64,000 nucleotides of DNA, from positions 62,001 through 126,000 of the forward strand of contig OZ287698.1 of the NCBI GenBank assembly GCA_965649825.1, in the 5' to 3' direction. The notes under the pieces were generated by a model. That model saw nothing but the letters and a program-made list of their open reading frames with translations, was not told the origin of the DNA and did not search any database. The position numbers and the translations under genes are program-made. How positions within the stretch are numbered: position 1 is the first letter of the stretch; each line of letters starts with the position of its first letter. Positions 49,963 to 62,565 of the stretch are shown here, piece by piece. Origin of the DNA: Penicillus capitatus (lineage: Eukaryota > Plantae > Chlorophyta).

Positions 49963-52877
49963 CTAGTCTGTATCGATATTGGGAAGAATGCACGATACTT
50001 CTGTCTTGGTGACTACTTCGTATCCTGGACCTTGTGATGGGTACGGCAGTTTCGCACTCGATTCCTTGTTCATGAGATGCGTTCGATTGAGGAGTCGCTC
50101 CAACATCTCATCCGAAACGACCTCTCTTTGAATCGCATCCTCCAAAGAGACATCCGATTTCAGCAAAGGCAGGATCTCTTCCACACTCATGGACACATCG
50201 GTATCGTCGTTCTGCCAAACACCCTTAAGAACGGCAGGCGAGATCGTGCATGTTGTCTCACTTTGAGATGGTCTCCTTGAAAAGCACCTTTCTTCATCAC
50301 AATACGCTCGAGCACCACTTTGTTGGCTGCACGTCTGGGATCCGCACATACTGAGAGACTGCCAAAGGGGAGGTCCGGCGTTTACCGGATCATGCTTCCT
50401 TCTACGGACTGTGCTGTCACGAGGCGGAGGACAAGGACAGGTCGACTCTGGCCAATACGATGGCAGCGATCCATTGCCTAAAAACGAATTGCTTTACAAG
50501 GGCGTCCTCTACCAAGAAAAGCGCTTGCTTGAAAATCCTGTTGGGGGTTCCAGTCACTGTCGTAGATGATCACCGTGTCTGCCGCCGTCAGGTTGATACC
50601 GAGGCCGCCCGCTCGAGTCGTCAGAAGAAAAAGCCAGAGATTGGAGTCGGCATTGAAGCGGCGCATATTCTCTTGGCGCTCGTGCAGCTTGACAGAACCG
50701 TCGAGTCTGCATGGATCCTCCCCTTTCTCTGCCAAGTAATAGTCCAAGATGTCCAGCATCCTCTTCATCTGCGAAAAGATCAGGACTTTATGTCCATTCG
50801 CCTTCAGACGCCTCAAGATTCTGTCAAGCAGCCGAAGCTTTCCGCACTGTTCTAACAACTGTGCGGCTGGTGGATACTCAATGTCGCCATCGTATCCCCC
50901 TTCAAACCCAAACAGCTTCACTCAAAGAGCCGTTCATAGCCGAAACGGCAATCCATCGACCTGTAATGAGATCAGGGTGGTTGCAGTTCTTTCGCATTTG
51001 CATGCAGATGTGTCTCAACTTTCCTTTTGTGAGGCCAACGACATTGTTGAGTCGTAGACCTTCTTCCAGACGAACCTGTCAGGCAGAAGAAGTTCGCAGG
51101 CATGGTGGTGATGTTCGTTCAAGAGGGGTCAGGGGTACATACAATGAGAGACTTGTCGAGGAGGCCATCGTTGATTTTGACTTGGTAGGGCGTCATGTGT
51201 GCATACAGCACAATCTCTTGCTTGGCTGGAAGTTCCAAATCCACATCTGCTTTGAGGCGTCGGAGAAAGAAAGGACGCAGAATGCTGTGAAGCTTAGAGA
51301 CGATGCGATCTCGCTGTTCAGCCGCCACAATGGCCTGCAGAAACACAACACGTGTGCGAACATGCAATGTGCCAGCAGCAGATGACCTGTCTTCCTTGGA
51401 GGCGATCGACGCCCGAGAAATCGAACCACTCTTCGAATGTCTCCAGCCGAGTGAAAATATCTGGCAAGATGAAATTCAAGATGCTCCACAATTCGCTCAG
51501 AGAATTCTGTAGCGGAGTGCCTAAGACAGGACTCAGAATTTCTTGCCTCTATGCACAAGAGGTACCTGTCAAGAGCACTTTGCTCTCTGCCTTGACTTCT
51601 CGGAGACAGCGCAGTAGTTTGCATTTGAAATTCTTCAGTCGGTGTCCTTCGTCGATGATCAGACTCTTGAAATCGAACTTTTTGAGAAAGTTCAGGTCAT
51701 TCATTGTGATTTCATAAGTCGTCACTATCGTCGGAAAATCGGCCGTGATGGGACCTGCCACACCCAACGGTCCATTTCCTGTTCGGTAGAGAGACACACC
51801 TGAGAGTCTGGCTTTCAGGATATTGCGCTCTTCCCTTGTCCCGTGGTACATAATGGCAGGAAGAGACGGCGACCATTTGCGGAACTCCATCACCCAGTTG
51901 CCAATGGTGGACAAGGGTGCCACCACCAGAAAGGGTCCCAGTATGCCGTTGTGGCGTAGGTGTGAAAGAAATCCAATCGTCTGTATCTGCACCACCATTC
52001 CAACCGTCCTCCTCTACCGACCCAAGACCGATAGCTCACTGTCTTGCCAAGGCCCATCTCGTCAGCAAGGATGCCGTTGATTCCGTTCTGGTACAGAGAG
52101 ATCAACCAGAAGACACCCTTCAGTTGATATGACCTCAACTCGCCTTCGATCAGCGGCAGCAATTCCTGCAATCATATGCCCCACACTTATGGCACGCTTG
52201 AGCACGAGTTGGGTGCCAGACCTGTGTGGGGGTCTTTGCTTTTCTCTGCTTTTTTGGTTGGAGTCTCGTGCCAGATCGACTTCTCTTGGCGCCGTTTTTT
52301 CTTTGACCCTCCTCCACTGCTGCCAATCCTAACTGCTCCTCCTCCATTTGCTCGATCTGTTCCCTGTCCGTCCAATATCCTTGCATTCTCCGCATCCGAG
52401 CATCCAAGCCTACCTCAAGATCTTGGTAAACAGTCCCGTCCTGTCCAGCATCGTATTCAGTTTGGCGAAGCTGGATTCGCTCAGCACACTCGATGCGGCT
52501 TCCTGCACATCCACACGCACAAACTCGCGTTGACCCGAGTCATCTCGACGGAGAGGGATCAAACATGTGCTGACTCTTCTGTCGCCTCTTGATTCTCGCG
52601 TTCGCGTCTGAGTCGTGCCTCCTCTTCTCTGAACTCGACAGTAACGCAGTCTTCGCTGTCACTTGACTGCACAAGAACATTCTCCGCGCCATCGTGACCG
52701 CATATGTGGGTACCTCCGAGGCGTCCTCCTCCTCCGCTTTGCTGTTTTCTAACCCGACGTCCTTCAGCGACCCGCTCGGCGCACGACCGTCTATCGACTG
52801 CACCACGGCGCCGTGAACGACAAGGCTGAGAGAAGAACGTATCCACTGACCTTCTTTTTGCTCGTCGGAGGCGGCAT
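49963..52877 (-). CDS. DDM1: DDM1/HELLS (LSH) SNF2 chromatin remodeller
   Basis: [34 protein letters not shown]|[64 protein letters not shown]; tail [10 protein letters not shown]. Confidence 0.93.
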
Positions 52878-53178
52878 TTGCAGGATCTACTCGTAACGTC
52901 CCGTGCCCGGCAGAGATACGATAGAAGCGCAAAACCTAAGGTTCTGTCGCTTAACCGTCTTTTCAAAACTGTGAATGCAGCTGCGAGCGTTGTTCACAAC
53001 AGCGGTTGTCAAGAAACGTACGTGACTGTCATCATTCCATCTCCTGACCGACGACTGGTGTAACAACGACTGTGGGACTGCAGAGTGTACTCTCGTGGCG
53101 AACACTCTCCTCCAAAGCATCACCGTCTACCGAACTCAGTCGAGCACGACAAAGACGGTTCACCTGAAGGTCGCCGAC

Positions 53179-54633
53179 ATGATTCCTGGGGCACAGGCCG
53201 AGACATTCTACAAACGAAAATTGCCATGTCCCCCGGCAACCGAATTCTCTTCACAACACGGTGGGCCCGGTGATGTCGGTCAGAGATACTCGATAGGTAG
53301 TGGTTCATCCATGATGCAGGGATTGCCTTGTTTCAAGAGGCTTTTAGTGACGGGACAATGTTGGGTTTCTTTAAACTGGTGGAGCAGTATCGAACACAAA
53401 CAGAACCTGCGTTTTGTGGTCTGACAAGCGTGGCGATGGTTCTGAATGCACTGTCTATTGATCCTCGACGCACATGGAAGGCGCCATGGAGATGGTTTGA
53501 TGAGACGCTCCTCGACTGCTGCAAACCGCTCTCCCTCGTCCAGAAAAATGGACTCGATCTTGTTCAGGTGTACGCCTCTCTGATGGATATGGCCTGAGAG
53601 TGTGGTCGTGGAGGCGGCGTGTTTGGCACGATGCAATGGAGCGGAAGTGAGGATGCAGTATTCTGGCTCTTTCGAAATGAATGAATTTCGTGAGCTCGTT
53701 AGAGAATGCTGTACAACGGGGGAGCAGCATCTGATCGCCCATTACTCCCGCAAGACGTTGAGTCAAACAGGCGATGGTCATTTCAGTCCTGTCGGAGGTT
53801 ATCACGCCGGACAAGACATGGTCCTCATTCTCGACACCGTACGTCACATCACACCGATCGATAGAGATAAGACACGGCGGTGGTGGATTGCAGGCGCGGT
53901 TCAAGTATCCCCCTCACTGGGTGCCACTAGAGCTGTTGTTCAAGGCCATGGATGAGGTCGATGTCGTTTCTGGGCGAAAACGGGGCTATATACTGATGAA
54001 GGCTCCGGAGAGACCCATCTCGCTGTGCTATACGCTGAGTCGTAGTCAGGAGAGTTGGACAAAGGCAGAGCAGTACATTCGTTCGGATGCTCCCAAGCTG
54101 TTCAATGAAATGGCATCGAGGGGGGCGTCTCTCGAAGCCATCGTACGAGAACTGGTCATGCAATGTCCCATACAAAGTGTTCAGAAATTTGTGGCCGTCC
54201 GCGTCAGTAGCTGTGACTGTGCGACAGATGATACCCCTCAGACAGCCCATCTGAATTCCGCTCGCGTCGTTGAGGAACTGCAGAGCCTACCTCTCTATCA
54301 AGTCCCATCCACGTCACATCACTGCCCACCTCTGTTGTCATGCGAGATTTTTAGGAAGTTGAGAAGAACCTGGAAAGCACAGCGACGGCATCGTCGGATG
54401 AAGGTCAGGCAGGTCAAGTGACAGCCCTGTTGTTGCTGAGGACACCAGATCAGTGGGTGGAGGCGAATGTATACCCAGAGATCCGACAACAGCTCGATGC
54501 GTGGATGGATCTTTCGAGGAATCCCCTTATCAAAACAGAGATTGCCTTTCTAAAGCATCAGATGGACATCCTCGTGGCGGCTGGAGAACTCCAAGCACCC
54601 GATCACAACACATATCGATCCATAGGCATGTGA
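53179..54633 (+). CDS. PCS: Phytochelatin synthase
   Basis: FYKRKLP, RTQTEPAFCGL (catalytic Cys), WKAPWRWFDE, CLARCNG, QTGDGHFSPVGGYH (His), LILDT|ARFKYPPHWVP (Asp). Confidence 0.96.
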
Positions 54634-54849
54634 TCTCCTCGACTTGACAAGTGTCTCAAGATCCTACTGGATTTTCCCTTACATTCTTTCGTCCTCTTCT
54701 ATATCTTAATTAAGCGTATGGGTGCGTCTGGTGAGGTGTCAGCTTTTAGGAAAAGGTCTTCCTTTCTGCGTCTGTCAAATTCATGTGTCCACCACAATCA
54801 CATCATCGCAGTTCCTAGAGTCACTAACCTATTACGGCATCTGTTTAAA

Positions 54850-55553
54850 CAGACGATCAGTTCTTGGACAAGGGATCGGAATTCTGTAGAGACCTTGACC
54901 ATCATCCACTGACCACAGGCGGCATTGTCGTACAGATATGCCAATCCACCATCGCGCACATGCGTCGTTTAATGTCGCCATCGCATGGCGGATGTCGTAC
55001 AACACAGGATGCCAATTCGACAGGCAGGTGCCAGCGAACCGAGACGCGAGCACAGGTCAAAGCACTCATTTTGGCACGACGCTTAACGAGGCGCCGCCGT
55101 CGTAGAATTCTCTTTGCCTCGAGAGGGACGCAGCGCAGCAGTCCAATTCCTATTCTCTTCCGAGCGTCCAGCGACGAAGGGTTGGATTCGGATACCATGG
55201 AGTGGTCAGACCTGGCCTTCTCTGAGGAAGACAGAACGGTGAACACCCTCACCAGCGCCGAACGACCACAGCCGTCCGTCCTCGCCGACCGCGAACGCAG
55301 ACGCAACTGTATCTATTGTCCGAGGGCGTGTGCTGTCTCATGCACGTGACGATGTAGATCCGCGCAGTATCCGTGCGAACCGAGACGACTCATCTGCTCT
55401 ACACGAACGCATTCGTAACAGTAACGCATCGAATTTGCAGAGCTCTGAGAATGATGGCTCGGCTGTTGGCTGGTCTGACAGATGTGGAACATCGAGTTGC
55501 TGATCGAGACGAGCCACTGCCCCTCCATGGCCACATCTTTGACTGTGAGGCAT
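54850..55553 (-). CDS. Possible hypothetical gene, unassigned
   Basis: Minus-strand exon-like pieces including SAFAVGEDGRLWSFG, which resembles a beta-propeller strand; no consistent splice model found. Confidence 0.25.
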
Positions 55554-55798
55554 CGAGATTTATCGAGCGATGGATATGCCAACGCCAAACGTGTGCAGAT
55601 ATTCGTACGAGCCAACGGACACATGGACTGGATACAAATCCTTCACATGTGCTTTCGAGGGAAAGTGAGAATCGATCGATCGAGAGTGAGAACAAGAGAA
55701 AAGTGTGACATTGCATCTAGGATCGATCGATGCCGAGCCGGATCTCTTCCCGTGTCCAGACATGTGGGAGATCGAGACGTTTCTGTCGAGGGGATCGA

Positions 55799-56821
55799 AT
55801 GCCGTTCGAGCAGAAAGAAGAGACGCCTCTGCGCAACAACAGCGATCCGCAGGGGGCGATGTTCGACCCAGAGGTAAGCACAGGCTGCTGTTCAATTTCT
55901 ATAAAGCAGTTGTGCAACCGAGGGCTGATAGGACGTCAGAGAAGAAGGAGCTTTGATGAGGATATGAGCCTCAACGCTATGCGTCATCATCTGCGACGAT
56001 GCTTTGAGAGATCGGCCAGTTCTCGAGAAACGAACGGAGGACAGTCGTCGACAGATGGACATTCGGATCCGGTACGACTGCCCACGCTGCTTGCTCTCAG
56101 TAAAGAATAATGGGCAATGACTGAAGGGTGGTGGCAATCCTGTACCAGCTTACACAAGTCTCTTATCTCCTGGAATGGAGTTCAAAGGATTTCAGCGATC
56201 TCCAAAACCGACGGGACATGACAGCAATGCCGGTTCTGTGGACGATTGGGTTGTGCGTGCTCAGATTCGGGTATCTGTTGCCATGGGATCGTGCGACCAC
56301 GTATGCCTGCTGTCTAGAGGTATGATATTGAGAGTGGTTATATCTGTGGAACCATGGCTGCCTACGTTAAGAACGACGACCCCGTTGAGACGTTCTGGGA
56401 AGGAGAGATTATCGATAACAGAAATCATCATTTCATCACCGACAAATGGGATGCAGACATGCGTACAGACATCCGCTATTGGTCCAAGTTCCCTGCGTTT
56501 GAAGATCTCAAATGTTCTGTTCGATCGAGACCTCCATTGAAAGAGTACCCATTCATTTTTATGAGATGGAAGGAAACATACTTCATGACAAAGACAGAAC
56601 AGAGTACCCTGACCATTCAAGGATTCTATTACATTTGCATGTGCCGCCAAACGGGTGCGACAGAGATCGGTGAATTCTGGCTACTGTTGAGGATGGATGG
56701 TGTAGGTGAAGTCCTCGGCTTCTACTTTGACCCTGAGTGTCAACCTTTCCAAGAATTGGAATTGTTGCCAGACAAACGTGGTCGATCTGGCTTCTCCTTC
56801 TCCCATGCACAATTCGTATAG
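55799..56821 (+). CDS. GID4: GID4/VID24 substrate receptor of the GID/CTLH E3 ligase
   Basis: GMEFKGFQ, VETFWEGEIID..HHFITDKWDA, WSKFP, YPFIFMRWKE, LTIQGFYYIC, GFYFDPECQPFQELEL. Confidence 0.94.
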
Positions 56822-56930
56822 CACGAGACGACGACAGATGGCGAATCGTGCACTCGAAGACGGAATAACAGACTTCTCTGAATGTTGTAGTGTTGGACTA
56901 CTCTCCTGCCATTTCATTTCCGTCCACGGT

Positions 56931-57638
56931 TTACATTTCCCCGCATTCAGTGATAAGACAAGGCAGTTTGGGTTTGTTGTTTGGACCGCATGGAACATTC
57001 TCAATTTTACGTACCACTAATAAACCGTCTCCCAAGACCCGACCAAAGACCGTGTGCTTGTTGTCTAACCATGGACACTTGGCACATGTGATGAAAAACT
57101 AGAGATGACATTCTGCAGGATGGGAGAGAATAGACGGGATACGTACTTGACATCCATTGCTGTTGGGTCCACTGTTCGCCATCGAAAGCAGACCAGATCC
57201 AGTGTGCTTACAGCGAAAGGTCTCATCAGAAAATTTGGTGCCGTAAATGCTCAGGCATCCCGTTCCATCTCCCTAGAGGCATTATTTCGGACACATACAT
57301 CATAGGGGATGGATTTTGTTCACGTGGACAAAGTCGCCCGATTGGATCATGAAATCTTTGATCACTCTGTGAAAGGAGCATCCCTTGTAACCCAATGGAA
57401 TGTTGTTCTTTCTGAATTCTCCTGTGCAGAACTGCCGAAAATTCTCGACGGTTTTGGGACAGATATCGGCCCAGAGCTCCATACGCATGCGGCCAGCAGG
57501 GATATCGCCAATGCTGACGTCTACGCCATCGTGTCCATACCGATGCGCATGGCACCTTGTGTGACTCCTACCGAAGAAGACGACGGGATTGTCGGGATTC
57601 GGTGCGCGCACGTGCCACTGCACTTCTTCGTGCGTCAT
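56931..57638 (-). CDS. PPIH: Cyclophilin H (U4/U6 snRNP PPIase)
   Basis: NPDNPVVFF|[43 protein letters not shown]|..[18 protein letters not shown]-terminal ECGEM. Confidence 0.93.
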
Positions 57639-57684
57639 ATTACACGACAGACTGGACCAACAACGAAATGACGAATAAGACAGG

Positions 57685-58869
57685 TCACGTTCGACTCGCC
57701 GTACGGTAGACAAGGGGCTCCCCTTGACAGTAATGACGGGCAAATGTCTGCCCTAACGATGTCGGTTGGTAGAAGGCTAACTGATCCTTCGTAATGCAGT
57801 AGCCAAAAATGAAACACCGCCTGTATGCAGGTCGAGGACAGTGAAATCGAGCATCTCTTATTGAGTGAATGTACCGGGCCACATCGAGCAACGTCGAGGC
57901 AATACCTTGACGACGACATCTCTGTGCAACCCAGAGAAGAACCACGCCGCCATGAGCAACGCTCTCCTCAATCGCCTCCTCTCCCACTGACTGATCCATC
58001 TATCTATGTGTCCACCAAAGCATCTGGCAGAGTGGTATTTGGGAGCGTACCAAGGGAGCGGCGGTGTCGATCTTTTCTATGAGGAGACATCCAACGATAG
58101 TACTCTTCTTTACGAACACGTAGATCTGCAGTCCCCGTCGTGTCATTGTATGTTAACAGCAGTGTGGGTCTGGGTACTTTCTGATGCTCTTTGAACAGAT
58201 CCGTCAGTGAACATCCAAAATCGCGTTCCATCACAGCACAGAGATCTGCAACCTATCAACCATTCGTTCTTCTGTTCGAGATCCAGGATCGTTATCGGCC
58301 ATACCGTTCGATTCCGTGATGGATGTATAACAGCTGAGCCCAGTTGCATCACTCTTTCTCCTTGCTCTCTCTTCAGAAGCTGAATGTCGCGTTTACCCGC
58401 CTGACAACGAACGGGCACAGTTCAAAGGCATTCCGCCAGTTTATATGGGGACAAGACTTTGAATGGGACGGATTGAGTGATATAGGTATGATGAAATTTG
58501 CGATGCAGCTGTTCATCTTTCTCGCAACCAGGAGTAAATCGCATTCCGCATTCATGGCAGATTCGGGAACAGAATTCCCTCTGCAAGCCACATCGATCAG
58601 AAGGACACAGGACAGCGTTGTGCTGTTTACTTGGCCAAAGTCCAGGTAGAGCTGAACAAAACCACGTTTCTTCTTGTTGTTCTTCTTCGATGGATCATTC
58701 TCGATCGCATCGTCCTTGTCGCAGCAGACCCGATCGCGTTTCGATTCTGGAAGGCTGTAAGAACAAAACGTCGCGTCAGAGGGGGAAAGAGGAGAGATGT
58801 CTTTTTTGGATCAGAATAGAGTCAGGTGTACCGTTTCCGTGTTGCTCTGTATTTTCTTTCCTGCGACAT
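57685..58869 (-). CDS. ECO1: ECO1/CTF7 (ESCO) cohesin acetyltransferase
   Basis: PIP-like QLYLDFGQ|, C2H2 finger [55 protein letters not shown]. Confidence 0.9.
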
Positions 58870-59554
58870 CTCGGGATCGTTGTTGGATTGCTTGGTGAAT
58901 AGCTTTGCCGCGACGTGAAGGTGCTGCGTCGCGGGGGACGTCACATCAATGAGGCATACCGTAGTAAAGCTTCGCAACAAATCCGCACGCGTCGATTAGA
59001 AACTGAGGATACGACACCAACGAAATGAAATCCCGATCAACGACTTAGACATGCGCTATGTCATGGAGGAGCCTTAAGATTGCCGACGGTTCTCATAATC
59101 CTGGCGCTTAGCTCTCATCTATTCGTCTAAAGAATACATCTCTAGCAATACTGTCCGTCGTCTGTCCTTCAAAAATACTCTCAGCTGCAAAGACGGATGC
59201 AGAGGGAACAAGTCAGGGGATGATTGGTAGGCGACAACCGTCGAAGACTAACGGCGACAAACAGATGATACAATGCTTTCGCTTTGTGGGTGTCCTCGGA
59301 GCATTGAAAGTGAATCGTCACGATTGTATGCTTAAGTACATTGACCTCGTGACGAACACCTATTCTTGTCATTTCGTTCACGCGCGAATTATCTCTTCAG
59401 GAAGACACTGACAACGACTCGACTCTCGAGGTACGTCGCACCGACGACGACTCGATACGCAGTCGGAAAACGCACATGTAGGTGGTGACGTTGACGTTGT
59501 AGGTGTAGACAGTTTTTCGTTTTGGACCTGTTGACACAAGTTGAAAGTCACAAG

Positions 59555-60613
59555 ATGTCAAGAAAGGACACAGTACTGCTCTTCTTGTTTGTGTTGACCT
59601 CTTCAAGCACAGTTTTCGGAGACCGACTGCTTGATATTTCATTGCTGACTTGGGGTGAATTGCAAACTCAAGCTGGGTACTTTACCAAAAGTGGTCGATG
59701 GAAAGGGGGTCTGCCTAAGAAAGTGCGTAAGGAGGCGGAACTGTTTGGTTCTTGCGAAGAAAGACAAGTCAATGGCACGTTCTGCCAATCGTGGACGTCT
59801 GAGGAAGAGCGCAAGGACAGCTATGGTAAAGGAAACTGCAAGTGTAGCAAGAACACGGGCGCATACTGCCAAGAATGGACGTGCCTTAGAGAACACACCA
59901 AGAGAACGTGCGAAAAGCGATACAAGAAGCGCTGCATTGCCACGCCGAAGGAAATGCATGTCCAGAGCTGTATCTGTCTCGAAGCCGCTGACAGTGGAGC
60001 ATACTGCGTGAAGTGGAAGTGCAGTGAAGAGAGAAGACGTCGCCGGTATAAGGACGGCGTGTTCACCTGCCGTGCGTCTGATGCATCTATGGAGTTCTGT
60101 CATCTCTGGAACGGCGATTTTGAATCGGATAAGGAAGTTGAGTCTATCGCCTGTGAATGCACTGATAGTGGCGATGGGTACTGTGACTACTGGCAGTGTC
60201 AGGCGAGGACACTACTTCGCTGCTCCAAGCACAAAGGAGGCTGGTGTCGTTTGGGAGTCTCTTTGGGTGTGTTCGGTTCACTCGGATTGCTTTTCCTGTC
60301 TGGGGGTATGGCGATTATTTTCGATGACGTTTTAAAGGGGAAGACAGCAGCGTGGAATCGCGGAAAGATACTGGCCATCTACGTCTGCTTTCTGGTGCTT
60401 CCGTGGGGAATTGGAGTAGCAATAGCGGGCGGCATTGACGGAATCGCATGGGTGACGCTTATGTGGAGCATCCCATTTCTGATACTGGCATTTGTATTGT
60501 TTCAATCAAAGCGGGGTAAGGCTGCGGAACCATCATCGATGTTGGCCCCTTTGCAAGAGCCGCCTCAGATTCCTGCTTATCTGTTTGATGGGAAGACATA
60601 TGCAGCATCTTGA
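59555..60613 (+). CDS. Intronless membrane protein A: signal peptide, Cys/Trp-repeat ectodomain, 3 TM helices; family unknown
   Basis: Single open frame; hydrophobic N-terminus, 20 Cys in a repeated CxC..Cx2WxC pattern, three hydrophobic segments; clear paralog at 62566. Confidence 0.85.
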   Translation: MSRKDTVLLFLFVLTSSSTVFGDRLLDISLLTWGELQTQAGYFTKSGRWKGGLPKKVRKEAELFGSCEERQVNGTFCQSWTSEEERKDSYGKGNCKCSKNTGAYCQEWTCLREHTKRTCEKRYKKRCIATPKEMHVQSCICLEAADSGAYCVKWKCSEERRRRRYKDGVFTCRASDASMEFCHLWNGDFESDKEVESIACECTDSGDGYCDYWQCQARTLLRCSKHKGGWCRLGVSLGVFGSLGLLFLSGGMAIIFDDVLKGKTAAWNRGKILAIYVCFLVLPWGIGVAIAGGIDGIAWVTLMWSIPFLILAFVLFQSKRGKAAEPSSMLAPLQEPPQIPAYLFDGKTYAAS

Positions 60614-60735
60614 GGACTTGATTTTTCGCGTCTTAGCCTAGTCGACCTATCTATTCTTTACAACTTTTAACGCGGACTCGGTCACCACTTTTTGCGTTGT
60701 TGAATTTCGAGAAGCCTTCAAGTACAACGATCAGT

Positions 60736-61900
60736 CTACTCGAGACTTTCCCTATGCAAAATTCGGATAAAGAAGGGGCCGGCGAATGCACCCTGTATTG
60801 TCACATTCAACTGCGTCGCTGACTGACAGAGTGCTGTGACTAACCGACTCTTAGATTCATAAAGAACAACAAGAGTCGAGTGCTTGATAAATCCGATATC
60901 CGCGTGAAATAACATTTTATTGTATCCGCGATGTAGATTGGAGAACAGTTTCTTACACACGTAGTATCGAAGTTTGTAAGTAAAAAGGAAGTCAGCAATA
61001 GATTTATTTCTTAGCTTTCAAGCGCGTTCTTTGGCTATTCAATCTGGACTGGATGTGTGGGAACAATGACCGCCTTTGATACGAAGGAAGATACATAAAG
61101 AATCCTCTGAGCAAGAAGATAAAATATGTTCTTTCGGAGCATTCATTATCTCTCCTTTGGCAAAGAGATGTTCGGATCACCTTTCTGCTTGAGGAATTTA
61201 GCGGACCAAGCTCTCATTAATAACTCTATAAACCAGACCATAAACGATTCTTGATAATCCAAATGAAACACATGTGCCAGTGCGGTAATCACATTCTATG
61301 TCGGAGATCCTCACGTCGCGTTCGAACCGAAAAGGTAACAGACCTTCGTCTTTGAACGGTGTCAGAAGTTGTCCAAAAATTACAACAAACCATCCATCCA
61401 TTAACCAAGAACGCGTCATACATGTATCAAAGACAGATCAACCTTTTCCACGCATCATTGAAGTAACAAAGATTGACACGGGAAATTATGATTTGAACAA
61501 AATAGAGAACCTGAGTGAATCGTTTGCCGACAAAGAAGAGAGGGTCGCCCGTCAGAAGCACTCACACAACATATACGAAGATGGAAACAAACATCCGTGC
61601 CTCTGCCAGGAAAGAGGGAGTGTTGTGGCTGCTGTGGGCGATACAGAAAACAACACCAATCGCCGTTGCTTTACTTGGACTCTCCAGAGTCAGGCTATGG
61701 TAACGCCTCCGAAGAAATTAAACATAGCTGTGCAGTCGATGCTGCTCAGCACTCTCGCATCGTGGCCATTATGAGAAGTGGAAAACTCACCTGGGAGACA
61801 AGCACTGAATGGAGGAGGTTACTTGGTTCGGATTGATGGATTCATTTCTGGTTGTCATCCACATTGCTTCCGGATAACACTGGCCATAGCCTTTTCAGCT
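60736..61900 (-). CDS. Possible multi-exon membrane-protein gene or pseudogene between the two paralogs
   Basis: Hydrophobic exons ATAIGVVFCIAHSSHNTPSFLAEARMFVSIFVYV and VLYFVQIIISRVNLCYFNDAWKR are joined by an in-frame 57-nt GT-AG intron; the ends are unresolved. Confidence 0.35.
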
Positions 61901-62565
61901 GAAGCTCGATAAGCGTGCTACAGACATGCGTGGCTTTCAATATGTTAATGGCTACAGAAGACCAGCATCACTCGTGAGTGGCATCCGAACACTAAGAACT
62001 CGTCCTAGTGTGGAAAACAGACATTAGTAGACGTGTCGATCCAGTACACAGATAACGAGCGCCTAGCCCACGTCATATGCGTCCATGACAAAACAGCTCA
62101 AGACGAATGAACTCGGACGTCGGCAATCTTTTCAAATCGAGTTCATGAGATGAAATTGAAAATCTCCGTGCTGACGTGCGCGATTCAAGATAAGTTCGTA
62201 TGCCGTGGAGTGAAGCGCACCAGACATAACACTTACATGATATTACGAGTCTCGGATAATCACACTTTTTTATGTGTGAAGTGTGAAGTTCTCACTCGAG
62301 TCTGACAAAGCATAACAAAAGACACAATATGCATGCATATATATGTGCACATTCCGAACGTATTGTTGTGTCGACAACGATAAAGAGCCTCTTACGCCAA
62401 CGTTTGAATAACATAGCGGTTCTTGAGTTGACGGTGCTCTTCTGGTGAAGAATGTTCCTTTTCCTGATGCATGATTCTCTCGGTGTTCTTACGGAACCTT
62501 CACTAAACGAAGCTCGACTGCGCGGTAAAGAGCCGCCAACGCACGTCAGCTTCGTGACAACTGTC

